Source: Elusimicrobiota bacterium (GTDB lineage: Bacteria > Elusimicrobiota > Elusimicrobia > Elusimicrobiales > Elusimicrobiaceae). From it: a DNA stretch of 26,579 nucleotides. The first letter of the stretch is position 1. Each line of letters opens with the position of its first letter. Below, in pieces: positions 18,097 through 26,577 of this stretch. Location of the stretch: the NCBI GenBank assembly GCA_031258375.1, contig JAIRMX010000079.1, positions 1-26,579 of the forward strand. Reading direction: 5' to 3'. Below the pieces are notes generated by a model. The model saw only the letters and a list, made by a program, of their open reading frames with translations, was not told where the DNA came from and ran no database searches. A program made the position numbers and the translations under genes.

Positions 18097-18807
18097 TTAC
18101 AAACAAATATCCACAAAATTTTTACCAAATGCCGTTAAGTTTATATCACCTCTTTTCCAAGTATAGCTTTCATTATGTATTAATTTTTTAATACAAAATT
18201 TTGCAAGAATTTCATCCAAAATATTTTTCTGATCTCCAAGTCTAACATATAGGTTTTCAACAGCGATTATCTTCAATCTCTCCAGGTTGTCAATTATCAC
18301 GTCATCCAATTTATCATAATTATTTTTTATTAGCATTACTCGAATTTTACGAGACATTTTTTGATTTATTTCAAATATATCTACAGGAAATTTTACATTT
18401 TTAAGGAACTCGGCATCATCTTTGCTTAGTTGTTTTACAATCTCTATATAAGCGGGCAGAACTTTTGATTTTTTTGTTTTATCAATATCAGCAGTTAATA
18501 TATTTATAAACATATTTTTAATATGTTTTTGCTGTTCATCCAAGTTCCATTTTAACGCTTCAAACGTAGTCCCCCAAATATTAGTTGAAGCGTGAACGAG
18601 ATTTTGCGGTGGAATAGCCTTGATTTTTTCTTCCAACTCTTTTTTTAAATTATCAATTTGTTCTTTTGTTATGAAAGTATTTTGTAAAGCAGAAATTAAC
18701 TGTATTACTTGTCCGGCACTCCAACCAAAATTTTGAGTTAAATTACCACTCACTTGATTGACAAGATTATTCTGACCGGAAGTTTCAACAATTTGTTTAT
18801 CTAACAC
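18097..18807 (-). CDS. Abi-alpha/DUF4393-like protein
   Basis: FEALKWNLDEQQKHIKNMFINILTADIDKTK...PAYIEIVKQLSKDDAEFL and C-terminal NLERLKII...LTAFGKNFVDIC resemble DUF4393/Abi-alpha; visibly AT-rich; GTG start. Confidence 0.65.
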   Translation of the reverse strand: MLDKQIVETSGQNNLVNQVSGNLTQNFGWSAGQVIQLISALQNTFITKEQIDNLKKELEEKIKAIPPQNLVHASTNIWGTTFEALKWNLDEQQKHIKNMFINILTADIDKTKKSKVLPAYIEIVKQLSKDDAEFLKNVKFPVDIFEINQKMSRKIRVMLIKNNYDKLDDVIIDNLERLKIIAVENLYVRLGDQKNILDEILAKFCIKKLIHNESYTWKRGDINLTAFGKNFVDICL

Positions 18808-18977
18808 TTATATTACCGCCAGCTTGATTTACGACATTATTTTTACCTGATAATTTAGCCGTCTGCTTTTTATTGCAAATGTAAAATGTTGCGCCAGAAC
18901 CCAAAATAGTCCCTATTAGTGTACAAAGTATATTAACTATTATTTCGCTCATATTTATAGTATTCTGAGTTCTCAAT

Positions 18978-19010
18978 AAAAGGGCGGGAGTTTTTAGCTC
19001 CCGCCCTTTT
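18978..19010. terminator. Intrinsic terminator of the hrcA-grpE-dnaK operon
   Basis: AAAAGGGCGGGAG...CTCCCGCCCTTTT 13-bp stem 11 nt after the dnaK stop. Confidence 0.85.
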
Positions 19011-19021
19011 AATTTTAATTC

Positions 19022-20896
19022 TTATTTCCCGTCGACGACTTCGGCTTCCACAACGTCGTCTTTTTTGGATTCTTCGCCTTGCGGCGCGTCTTGTTGAGTA
19101 TTTGCGGCGTCGGCGTTTGCGCCCGAAGCTTTCTGCTGCGCCGCTTGCGCTTCCTTGTAAATAATCTCGCCGAGTTTCTGGCTCGCCGTTAAAGCGGCTT
19201 CGGTCGCTTTTTTAATGCGTTCGGTATCTTCGGATTTAATGGCGTCTTTCAAATCGTTTAAAGCCTGATCGATTTTTAAACGCTCGTCCTGCGATACTTT
19301 ATCGCCGTGTTCCTTTAACGCTTTTTCCGTTTGATATAAAACGCTGTCGGCCTGATTTTTGGCTTCAATTCGCTCTTTAGTCTTTTTATCTTCGTCCGCG
19401 TACTGCTCGGCCTGTTTGACGAAATTATTGACTTCGTCTTCGCTGAGTTTATTGGGAGCGGTTATGGTTATATGCTGTATTTTATTAGTCCCCAAATCTT
19501 TGGCGGAAACCTTTAAAATACCGTTGGCGTCAATATCAAAAGTGACTTCAATTTGCGGAACGCCGCGCGGAGCCGGAGGGATACCGTCCAAGTCAAACTT
19601 ACCGAGCGGAACATTGTCTTTTGCCATAGGTCTTTCGCCCTGTAAAACATTAACGGTAACCGCAGGTTGATTGTCGGCGGCCGTGCTGAATACTTGCGTT
19701 TTGCGTACGGGGATTGTGGTGTTGCGGTCAATAAGTTTTGTCATTACGCCGCCCAAAGTTTCAAGGCCGAGAGAGAGCGGAGTTACGTCAAGCAGCAAAA
19801 TATCTTTTACGTCGCCGGTTAAAACTCCCGCCTGAATTGCCGCGCCGTTTGCCACGCATTCCATAGGGTCAATGCCGCGCTCTATTTTTTTGCCCACGTG
19901 TTTTTCAACATATTCCTGCACTATGGGCATACGAGTAGGCCCGCCGACCATAATGATTTTGTCAATGTTGCTCATTGAAAGTTTACTGTCTGCAACGGCT
20001 CTGTCAATTGAAGCGCCGCAGCGATCCACTATCGGCCTGACAAGGCTTTCAAGTTTCGCGCGCGAAAGTTTAAGTTCCAAATGTTTGGGGCCGCTTGCGT
20101 CCGCAGTTAAGAAAGGCAGATTGATATCCGTTTCCATAGTGGTGGAAAGTTCTATTTTTGCTTTTTCCGCCGCGTCTTTAAGGCGCATCATTGCCTGTTT
20201 GTCTTTTGAAACGTCTATGCCGGTGGATTTTTTGAATTCGTCCACTAAATAATTTATAACCGCGTTATCCATATCCGTGCCGCCTAGCTTCGTGTCTCCG
20301 GAAGTCGATATAACGTCAAAAGTGCCTTCTTTGCCCATTTCCATAATGGTGACGTCCAGCGTGCCGCCGCCAAGGTCAAATACAAGAATTTTTTGTTCCT
20401 TACCGGTCTTGTCAATACCGTAAGCAAGCGCGGCGGCGGTAGGTTCGTTTAAAAGCCTGACTACTTCAAGCCCCGCAATTTTGCCCGCGTCTTTTGTCGC
20501 TTGTCTTTGATTATCGTTAAAATAAGCGGGAACTGTGATTACGGCTTTCTCAATCGTCTGTCCTAAAAAAGATTCGGCGTCTTTCTTTACTTTTTGCAAT
20601 ACGAAAGCAGAAAGCTGTTGAGGCGTAAATTCATTGCCGCGCAGATTGAATTTATAATTTTCCCCCATTCTTCTTTTAAACGCTGTTGCCGTACCTTCAG
20701 GATTGGCTACGGCCTGCCTTCTTGCAGGTTCGCCGACAAGACGCTGTCCGTCTTTAGTAAAAGCCACATAAGACGGAAACGCTTTTCCGCCTATGGAGCT
20801 GCCTTCCGCGGAAGGGATTATCGTCGCTTTGCCGCCTTCCATAACGGCAGCGGCAGTATTTGATGTTCCTAAGTCTATACCTATAATTTTAGCCAT
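19022..20896 (-). CDS. dnaK: Chaperone DnaK (Hsp70)
   Basis: [53 protein letters not shown], acidic tail; AGGAG RBS. Confidence 0.99.
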   Translation of the reverse strand: MAKIIGIDLGTSNTAAAVMEGGKATIIPSAEGSSIGGKAFPSYVAFTKDGQRLVGEPARRQAVANPEGTATAFKRRMGENYKFNLRGNEFTPQQLSAFVLQKVKKDAESFLGQTIEKAVITVPAYFNDNQRQATKDAGKIAGLEVVRLLNEPTAAALAYGIDKTGKEQKILVFDLGGGTLDVTIMEMGKEGTFDVISTSGDTKLGGTDMDNAVINYLVDEFKKSTGIDVSKDKQAMMRLKDAAEKAKIELSTTMETDINLPFLTADASGPKHLELKLSRAKLESLVRPIVDRCGASIDRAVADSKLSMSNIDKIIMVGGPTRMPIVQEYVEKHVGKKIERGIDPMECVANGAAIQAGVLTGDVKDILLLDVTPLSLGLETLGGVMTKLIDRNTTIPVRKTQVFSTAADNQPAVTVNVLQGERPMAKDNVPLGKFDLDGIPPAPRGVPQIEVTFDIDANGILKVSAKDLGTNKIQHITITAPNKLSEDEVNNFVKQAEQYADEDKKTKERIEAKNQADSVLYQTEKALKEHGDKVSQDERLKIDQALNDLKDAIKSEDTERIKKATEAALTASQKLGEIIYKEAQAAQQKASGANADAANTQQDAPQGEESKKDDVVEAEVVDGK

Positions 20897-20931
20897 ATAT
20901 TTTCTCCTTTTAAATAAATTGTTCGTTTTTA

Positions 20932-21510
20932 TTATTTTTGCTCTTTCTGATCTTTTTGTTCTTGATTTTCCTCTTCTTTTTTCTTACCTACTATTACCTG
21001 CGCATAGCGCAGCACTTGCCCTCCAAAAGTTACGCAGCGGCAAAGCTCATCCGCCACTTTACCGTCGTCTTTATCCTCGCACGGTACTGTCGTAATAACT
21101 TCTTGAGTCATAGGGTCGTACGGTTTGCCTTTACTGCAGACAACTTCAACCCCTTCAGATTTGAAGACTTTATTAAATTCTTCAAAAATCATATTAAGAC
21201 CTTGTTTTATATGTTCCGTATCGGAGTCCTTTTTGTTTACTTCCGCCTCCGCTTTTAACATAGTGTCGTAAAGCGGCAAAAGTTTTTTTATAACTTCCGC
21301 TTTGCCAAATTGGATAAACATAGGCTTTTCCTTTTCGGCGCGTTTACGATAATTCTCAAAATCGGCCTGAAGCCTTAAAAGCTGATCGTAATAATCAGGC
21401 GATTTCGATTGCTCTTCGCGCTGCTCCGCATTTGCAGAAACTTTATCCGCCTGCGCGTCCTGCGCGGCAACGGGTTTTATTTCTTCTTTATTTTCTTTTT
21501 TCTTCGTCAT
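20932..21510 (-). CDS. grpE: Nucleotide exchange factor GrpE
   Basis: [41 protein letters not shown]; start reassigned from 21576 to ATG 21510 (23-nt overlap with hrcA). Confidence 0.93.
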   Translation of the reverse strand: MTKKKENKEEIKPVAAQDAQADKVSANAEQREEQSKSPDYYDQLLRLQADFENYRKRAEKEKPMFIQFGKAEVIKKLLPLYDTMLKAEAEVNKKDSDTEHIKQGLNMIFEEFNKVFKSEGVEVVCSKGKPYDPMTQEVITTVPCEDKDDGKVADELCRCVTFGGQVLRYAQVIVGKKKEEENQEQKDQKEQK

Positions 21511-22603
21511 TTTCTTTAACTTTGCCCAGAGAATTTTTCCAGTTTTGAATAGTAGTTCCAAGCATTTCCCCCACAAAATTTACTATGGACATCATTCTAT
21601 TATATTCCATGTGTTTGGGGCCTACTATGCCAAGTATGCCCACAGTTTTATCGCCGACTTTATATACGGAAGTAACGACGCTCAAGTCCCTAAGTTCGGC
21701 AATTTCGTTTTCAGCTCCGATGCTTACCGCGATGTTTCTGCCGCCGATACCGCTTTGCATTTCCCGCATTTTCTCGCTGAGAAACCCTGCCAATTTTTCG
21801 CGGTCTTCCAATACGCTGAGCATACGTCCTATATCGCCGTCGTCGTTGGAAATATTTTCCAAAAGATGGCTCATGCCTTCAATATAAAGGCGGTCGTCGC
21901 TTGTCTGTTGCGAGGACATATCTTTCAAAATTTGCAACGCCAACTCTGAAAAACCGTCGACGTCAGTCTGAGCGCCGCGCAAATTTTCCCATAATACGCG
22001 TTGCGCTTCGCGCAGAGTAAGGCCGGAAATCTGCTCGTTTATATAGCTGCCAAGCAGCATAAGCCGCGTTGGCGAAACCAAGTAATTTACGCGCACCGGC
22101 CAATGTTTGATTATTCCGTCTTCGGTAATTAAAACCGCAAGCACGTTATAAGGACCAAGCGGTATAAAATCAAGCCGCTGCACTACGGTATCCTGCACGT
22201 TGTTTGCCAGCACAAAACCCGCAGAGCCGGAAAGCATAGAAAGCGTCCTAGAAGTTTGTACCATAACGCGGTTGATTTCGTCGGTGTTTTGCCTGTATTC
22301 CTTTTCTATTCTTTCTCTTTCTTTGGCGGCAATTTTTTGAATTTTCGAAAGATAATCCACGTAAAATCTATAAGCTTTATCCGTAGGTATCCTTCCGCCG
22401 GAAGCATGCGGCTGATATAAATAACCTTCGTCCTCCAGCTTCTTCATAGTATTGCGTATAGTCGCGCTGGAAACGCCCGGCAATCCTTTTTGGGCAACCA
22501 GTTCGGAGCCCACGGGTTTGCGCGTTTCAACAAATTCCTGTATAACCATTCTAAGGATTTTTTCTTCGCGTTCTTTTACAATTTCAGGTTTTAATATTCT
22601 CAT
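21488..22603 (-). CDS. hrcA: Heat-inducible transcription repressor HrcA
   Basis: REEKILRMVIQEFVETRKPVGS, SSATIRNTMKKLEDEGYLYQPHASGGRIPTDKAYRFYVD, GILGIVGPKHMEY; start probably ATG 22603. Confidence 0.95.
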   Translation of the reverse strand: MRILKPEIVKEREEKILRMVIQEFVETRKPVGSELVAQKGLPGVSSATIRNTMKKLEDEGYLYQPHASGGRIPTDKAYRFYVDYLSKIQKIAAKERERIEKEYRQNTDEINRVMVQTSRTLSMLSGSAGFVLANNVQDTVVQRLDFIPLGPYNVLAVLITEDGIIKHWPVRVNYLVSPTRLMLLGSYINEQISGLTLREAQRVLWENLRGAQTDVDGFSELALQILKDMSSQQTSDDRLYIEGMSHLLENISNDDGDIGRMLSVLEDREKLAGFLSEKMREMQSGIGGRNIAVSIGAENEIAELRDLSVVTSVYKVGDKTVGILGIVGPKHMEYNRMMSIVNFVGEMLGTTIQNWKNSLGKVKENDEEKRK

Positions 22604-22643
22604 TTTTGCCGCCGTATAAAACAATTTGTCTGGCAACTCTATT

Positions 22644-22670
22644 TTAGCACTCGCAAAATATATTTGCTAA
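22644..22670. promoter_or_regulatory. CIRCE-like operator 1
   Basis: TTAGCACTC-N9-ATTTGCTAA (consensus TTAGCACTC-N9-GAGTGCTAA); lies over the predicted transcription start. Confidence 0.8.
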
Positions 22671-22671
22671 T

Positions 22672-22700
22672 ATTGTAACAAAAGATTTTAAAGTTGTCAA
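22672..22700 (-). promoter_or_regulatory. Sigma70-type promoter of the hrcA operon
   Basis: Minus strand TTGACA (22700-22695), 17-nt spacer, TACAAT (22677-22672). Confidence 0.85.
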
Positions 22701-22720
22701 TCCCCCATTTAGAGTGCTAA
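22694..22720. promoter_or_regulatory. CIRCE-like operator 2 overlapping the -35 box
   Basis: TTGTCAATC-N9-GAGTGCTAA; perfect right arm, left arm 6/9 and coincident with the -35. Confidence 0.7.
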
Positions 22721-22888
22721 AAATAAGCAAGATTTTCCCAAGCGAAAAAATTTAATATACATTTATATTTGATGTTTCCTTGATTTATCAAGTTATATTT
22801 TGCTACTATATGAAGTAGATTCGTACAATTTTACGGAAGGAGTATTTAAGAAAATAATATAAGCTTAAAGGTTTATTACAATTTGATT

Positions 22889-23098
22889 CTGTTTTTGGTA
22901 GTTCTGCGCGAGCGGGACAAGCTTTTGAGATATCAAAAGCACTGCTAAAACCAAAGACAGCTCGTTATCAGGCGTGGGATTTTGAGAATTGCAAGCTTAA
23001 AATCTTACGCCGAGCGTTTACTGCCTTCGGGCGGTAAACCACGGCTGTTATGTTTTGGGTTACTGCAAGAAGCTCAAATATAACGGCCGTTTTTATTT
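22889..23098 (+). ncRNA. Structured cis-regulatory leader, copy 5 (upstream of pilin #2)
   Basis: CTGTTTTTGGT/ACCAAAGACAG, GTTCTGC-GCGA-GCGGGAC, GCTTTTGA-GATA-TCAAAAGC, CAGCTCGTTATCA, GGCGTGGGATTTTGAG/CTTAAAATCTTACGCC, GTTTACTGCC-TTCG-GGCGGTAAAC, terminator ACGGCTGTTATGTTT/AAATATAACGGCCGT plus TTTT. Confidence 0.8.
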
Positions 23099-23126
23099 GT
23101 AAAAATAAAAAATAACGAGGTAAATT

Positions 23127-23660
23127 ATGAAAAATAAAAAAGGCTTCACGTTAATCGAAATGCTTGTAGTAGTATTAATCATCGGCATACTTGCCGCCAT
23201 CGCCTTGCCGCAATATTTAAAAGCAGTTGAAAAGGCAAAAATGGCGGAGGCCATTCAAAATGCTAAAGTTTTAGGAGAGTCTGCGCGCAGATATATTTTA
23301 ACCACCGGCAATATGCCGGCTTCTTTTGACGTTCTGGATATTACCGTTCCCTGCACAAAAATAAACGACTACCAATGCTACAATAAAGACTTTTTATACG
23401 ATATTACCGCAGGCGATTATAACGTAATTGGAGTTTTTCGCAAACCGACGGCGGACAACAATATCAAAAGTCAAGCTCCTGCGGGAATAGCTTTTTGGTT
23501 TGGAAGGGACTATTGCTCCGAACAATTCAAAGAAGGCACTTTCGCTTGTTTTGTAAGAAGAAACCTTCCGCAGGCCGACAAGTATTCGCAAATATGCAAA
23601 CTCTTAGCCGGACAAACGGTAATTTCGGTTCCGTATGACGATATCTACATACACCAATGA
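23127..23660 (+). CDS. Type IV pilin-like protein #2
   Basis: MKNKKG|FTLIEMLVVVLIIGILAAIALPQY; Cys-rich variable C-terminus; GAGG RBS. Confidence 0.9.
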   Translation: MKNKKGFTLIEMLVVVLIIGILAAIALPQYLKAVEKAKMAEAIQNAKVLGESARRYILTTGNMPASFDVLDITVPCTKINDYQCYNKDFLYDITAGDYNVIGVFRKPTADNNIKSQAPAGIAFWFGRDYCSEQFKEGTFACFVRRNLPQADKYSQICKLLAGQTVISVPYDDIYIHQ

Positions 23661-23834
23661 GCGACTAAAACGTCTTTGCAAAACGCGGGTATTGTTCCGC
23701 GCTCCATAACTTCCGTTTATGCGCATTTGAATTTAAATCACAAATTACTCTGCCCGTTGGTTTTAATTTATTGTACAATAAAGGGGTAGCCCTTAAAGGC
23801 TGCAAGACGGAACATTACTTCAGGAGAATAAATA

Positions 23835-25883
23835 ATGAAGAAAGTGTGCCTTATGACGATGACATTGTTGTTCTTGTTTGCTTGTTCGGGCAATAGAAAA
23901 GATACCTCGCGCGCGGACAAGTTTAATTACAACGTAGAGCAATTTGCCGATTTAGGCATTTTGCGCTATCAAGTGCCGAACTGGGATAAGCTGACTCTTA
24001 ATCAAAAAAAATTGGTTTACAGCCTCAGCCAAGCCGCTTTAAACGGCCGCGATATTTTGTTTGATCAAAACAATCGCTACAATCTTGCCATACGCAGGAC
24101 TTTGGAAGCTCTCTACGAAAACTATACGGGAGACAAAACCTCTAAAGACTACGAGCAATTTATCGTTTATCTTAAACGGGTGTGGTTCTCCAACGGCATT
24201 CATCACCATTACGGCGAAGAAAAGTTTTTGCCGGGGTTTTCCAAAGATTTTTTTACAAAAGCGGTAAAGTCTTTGAATTCCGCGTTCGTTCCTACGCGCA
24301 AAGGACAAAGCGTGGACGCTTTCTTGGCGGAAATAACTCCGGTAATGTTTGACCCCGAAGTTTATGCCAAAAAAGTTAATCAGGACAGTAGCTTAGACGT
24401 TATTGTCGCTTCGGCCAATAATTATTACGGGGAAGACATAACGCAAAAAGAAGTTGAAAACTTTTATAATGCGATGAAAGATCCAAAAGATACTTCTCCC
24501 GTTCCTTACGGACTGAACAGCCGTCTGGTAAAAAAGAACGGCAAATTGGTCGAGGAAGTTTACAAAATCGGTGGATTATATTCCCCCGCCATCGAAAAAA
24601 TAACGTATTGGTTAAACGAAGCCTCGAAATACGTCGAAAACGCCCAGCAAAAAAAAGTAATAGATTTGCTGATAGAATATTATAAAACCGGCGATTTGAA
24701 AAAATACGACGAATATTCCATAGCGTGGGTGCGCGACACGAATTCTTTGGTGGATTTTATAAACGGATTTACCGAAGTTTACGGCGACGCTCTGGGCATC
24801 AAAGGCTCGTGGGAAGCTTTGGTCAATTTCAAAGATATAGAATCCGAACACTTGACAAAAATTCTGGGCGATAACGCCCAGTGGTTTGAAGACAATGCGC
24901 CAATCAGTCCGCGTTTTAAGAAAAAGGAAGTAAAAGGCATTTCTTTCAAAACCATTACGGCGGCTATTTTGGGCGGCGATTGCTATCCTGCCACGCCGAT
25001 AGGCATAAACCTGCCCAATTCCAATTGGATTAGAAAAGACGTCGGCTCCAAATCCGTCACCATTACAAATATTACCGAAGCTTATGACAAAGCGGCTGCC
25101 GGTAACGGGTTTAACGAAGAATTTGTCTGCTGCTCAAAAGAAAAGAATTTAATGAAAAAATACGGCGCGCAAACGGATAATTTGCATACCGATTTGCACG
25201 AATGTCTGGGACATGCTTCGGGGCAATTATTGCCGGGCATCGGCAAAACTTCGCTGAAAGTTTACGGCTCCACTATTGAGGAAGCCCGCGCGGATTTGTT
25301 CGCGCTGTATTATATAAGCGACCCTAAGATAATAGAGCTGGACTTGCTGAAAGATCCCGAAGCCTATAAATCCGAATATTACAAATACATGATGAACGGG
25401 TTGCTTACGCAGTTAGTCCGCATAGAATTTGGTAAAGATATAGAAGAATCCCACATGCGCAACCGCTCTTTGATAGCTCGTTGGGTATTGGAACGCGGGC
25501 AAAAAGACAAAGTCGTGGAATTGAAAAAAGAAAAGGGTAAAACATACGTCGTAATTAACGATTATGTCAAACTCCGCGATTTGTTCGGGCAATTATTGGC
25601 GGAAGTTCAGCGAATTACGTCCGAAGGAGATTTTACGGCGGCGCGCAATTTGGTGGAGGGATACGGCATAAAAGTGGATCCCGTTCTGCATAAAGAAATT
25701 AAAGAACGCTACGACAAGCTCGGCATAGCTCCTTATAAAGGTTTCGTCAATCCCGTTTACTCGCTTGAAAAAGACGCAAACGGAAATATAACGGACGTCA
25801 AAGTTTCTTACAACGAAGGCTATGAAGAGCAAATGCTGCGTTATTCCAAAGAGTATTCCAACCTGCCGACGTATAACGACTGA
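23835..25883 (+). CDS. Dipeptidyl peptidase III (peptidase M49), lipoprotein
   Basis: Lipobox LFA|C; zinc motif HECLGH; EEARAD second motif; CAGGAG RBS. Confidence 0.92.
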   Translation: MKKVCLMTMTLLFLFACSGNRKDTSRADKFNYNVEQFADLGILRYQVPNWDKLTLNQKKLVYSLSQAALNGRDILFDQNNRYNLAIRRTLEALYENYTGDKTSKDYEQFIVYLKRVWFSNGIHHHYGEEKFLPGFSKDFFTKAVKSLNSAFVPTRKGQSVDAFLAEITPVMFDPEVYAKKVNQDSSLDVIVASANNYYGEDITQKEVENFYNAMKDPKDTSPVPYGLNSRLVKKNGKLVEEVYKIGGLYSPAIEKITYWLNEASKYVENAQQKKVIDLLIEYYKTGDLKKYDEYSIAWVRDTNSLVDFINGFTEVYGDALGIKGSWEALVNFKDIESEHLTKILGDNAQWFEDNAPISPRFKKKEVKGISFKTITAAILGGDCYPATPIGINLPNSNWIRKDVGSKSVTITNITEAYDKAAAGNGFNEEFVCCSKEKNLMKKYGAQTDNLHTDLHECLGHASGQLLPGIGKTSLKVYGSTIEEARADLFALYYISDPKIIELDLLKDPEAYKSEYYKYMMNGLLTQLVRIEFGKDIEESHMRNRSLIARWVLERGQKDKVVELKKEKGKTYVVINDYVKLRDLFGQLLAEVQRITSEGDFTAARNLVEGYGIKVDPVLHKEIKERYDKLGIAPYKGFVNPVYSLEKDANGNITDVKVSYNEGYEEQMLRYSKEYSNLPTYND

Positions 25884-25889
25884 TAGTTA

Positions 25890-25923
25890 TCATTGCGAGA
25901 CGGCAAAGTCGGCGTGACAATTC
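25890..25923. repeat. Degenerate REP/RPE-like half element
   Basis: TCATTGCGAG-ACGGCAAAGTCG-GCGTGACAATTC resembles GTCATTGCGAG...GTGGCAATC palindromic repeats. Confidence 0.35.
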
Positions 25924-25925
25924 GG

Positions 25926-25969
25926 AATTGAACCTCTTTCGCGAAATTGCGGGAGGGGTTCAATTTTTT
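25926..25969 (+). terminator. Intrinsic terminator after the DPP III gene
   Basis: AATTGAACCTCTTTCGC/GCGGGAGGGGTTCAATT stem with G-U pairs, followed by a T run. Confidence 0.8.
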
Positions 25970-26055
25970 GAAAAATTGACTCGTTTAAAAACTCTTTCCT
26001 CTTTTGTGAAATAACCTATAATATTTCAGAGACGCAAAGCAAAACCGGCGATTAG

Positions 26056-26577
26056 TTAAGGGAGAGTATAGCTTCTGTAATTATATTCAACGCCGCCCAG
26101 CATTTTACAAACATCGGCGGCATCCGGATTTTCTGCAATTGAGGGCATTGCCCAACACATACGACTGCCCGCAGGTCCGTAAGCGAGACCCTTATGTTTC
26201 TGAAAATTAGTAGAAATTTGCACTTTTCCCATTGAAGTGATGCTATTGGACAATATTCTACCTGAGTTGTTTTCAGCTGGAAGACCATAATAGCCAATTC
26301 CTTCTAAGTAGCAATGATTGCCTACAACGGACGTGCATGGCAGAGATATATCTAATTTTGTAAAGTCGTTGGTATACTCGTTATGCATCATATAATATAT
26401 TTCCTCCGCGTCGGCTATTGCTTTTTGTTGGGCAATAATTTGCGCGTAGCGCGTTTTTATAACCGCTTTTTGATATTGCGGAAGGGCTATTGCGGCGAGT
26501 ATACCGATAATTAGAACTACGATAAGAAGTTCAATAAGCGTAAATCCGTTAATTCTCAGATGAGGAAGTAGGGGGGG
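26056..26577 (-). CDS. Type IV pilin-like protein #3, 5' end beyond the window
   Basis: The frame of ORF 26056-26391 stays open to the edge and reads PPLLPHLRING|FTLIELLIVVLIIGILAAIALPQYQKAV...; the ORF track shows only the part from an internal Met. Confidence 0.88.
   Translation of the reverse strand, partial: PPLLPHLRINGFTLIELLIVVLIIGILAAIALPQYQKAVIKTRYAQIIAQQKAIADAEEIYYMMHNEYTNDFTKLDISLPCTSVVGNHCYLEGIGYYGLPAENNSGRILSNSITSMGKVQISTNFQKHKGLAYGPAGSRMCWAMPSIAENPDAADVCKMLGGVEYNYRSYTLP

Larger units (their letters stand above)
16222..19066. mobile_element. Small genomic-island-like segment bounded by dnaK 3'-end repeats (no integrase)
   Basis: Direct repeats at both ends; cargo is a GT9 gene with a leader RNA and an AT-rich Abi-alpha-like gene. 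Confidence 0.55.

Noticed and set aside
23029-23040. GGCGGTA in leader copy 5 as an RfaH ops-like element
   Set aside because: Not the full GGCGGTAG consensus and not conserved in copies 1 and 3 (GGGAAAC); explained as the 3' arm of hairpin P5.
310-25832. Numerous overlapping or antisense ORFs (e.g. 1430-1852, 8415-8984, 10679-11266, 13686-14252, 19872-20252, 21545-21949)
   Set aside because: Shadows of well-supported genes; no motifs or RBS.
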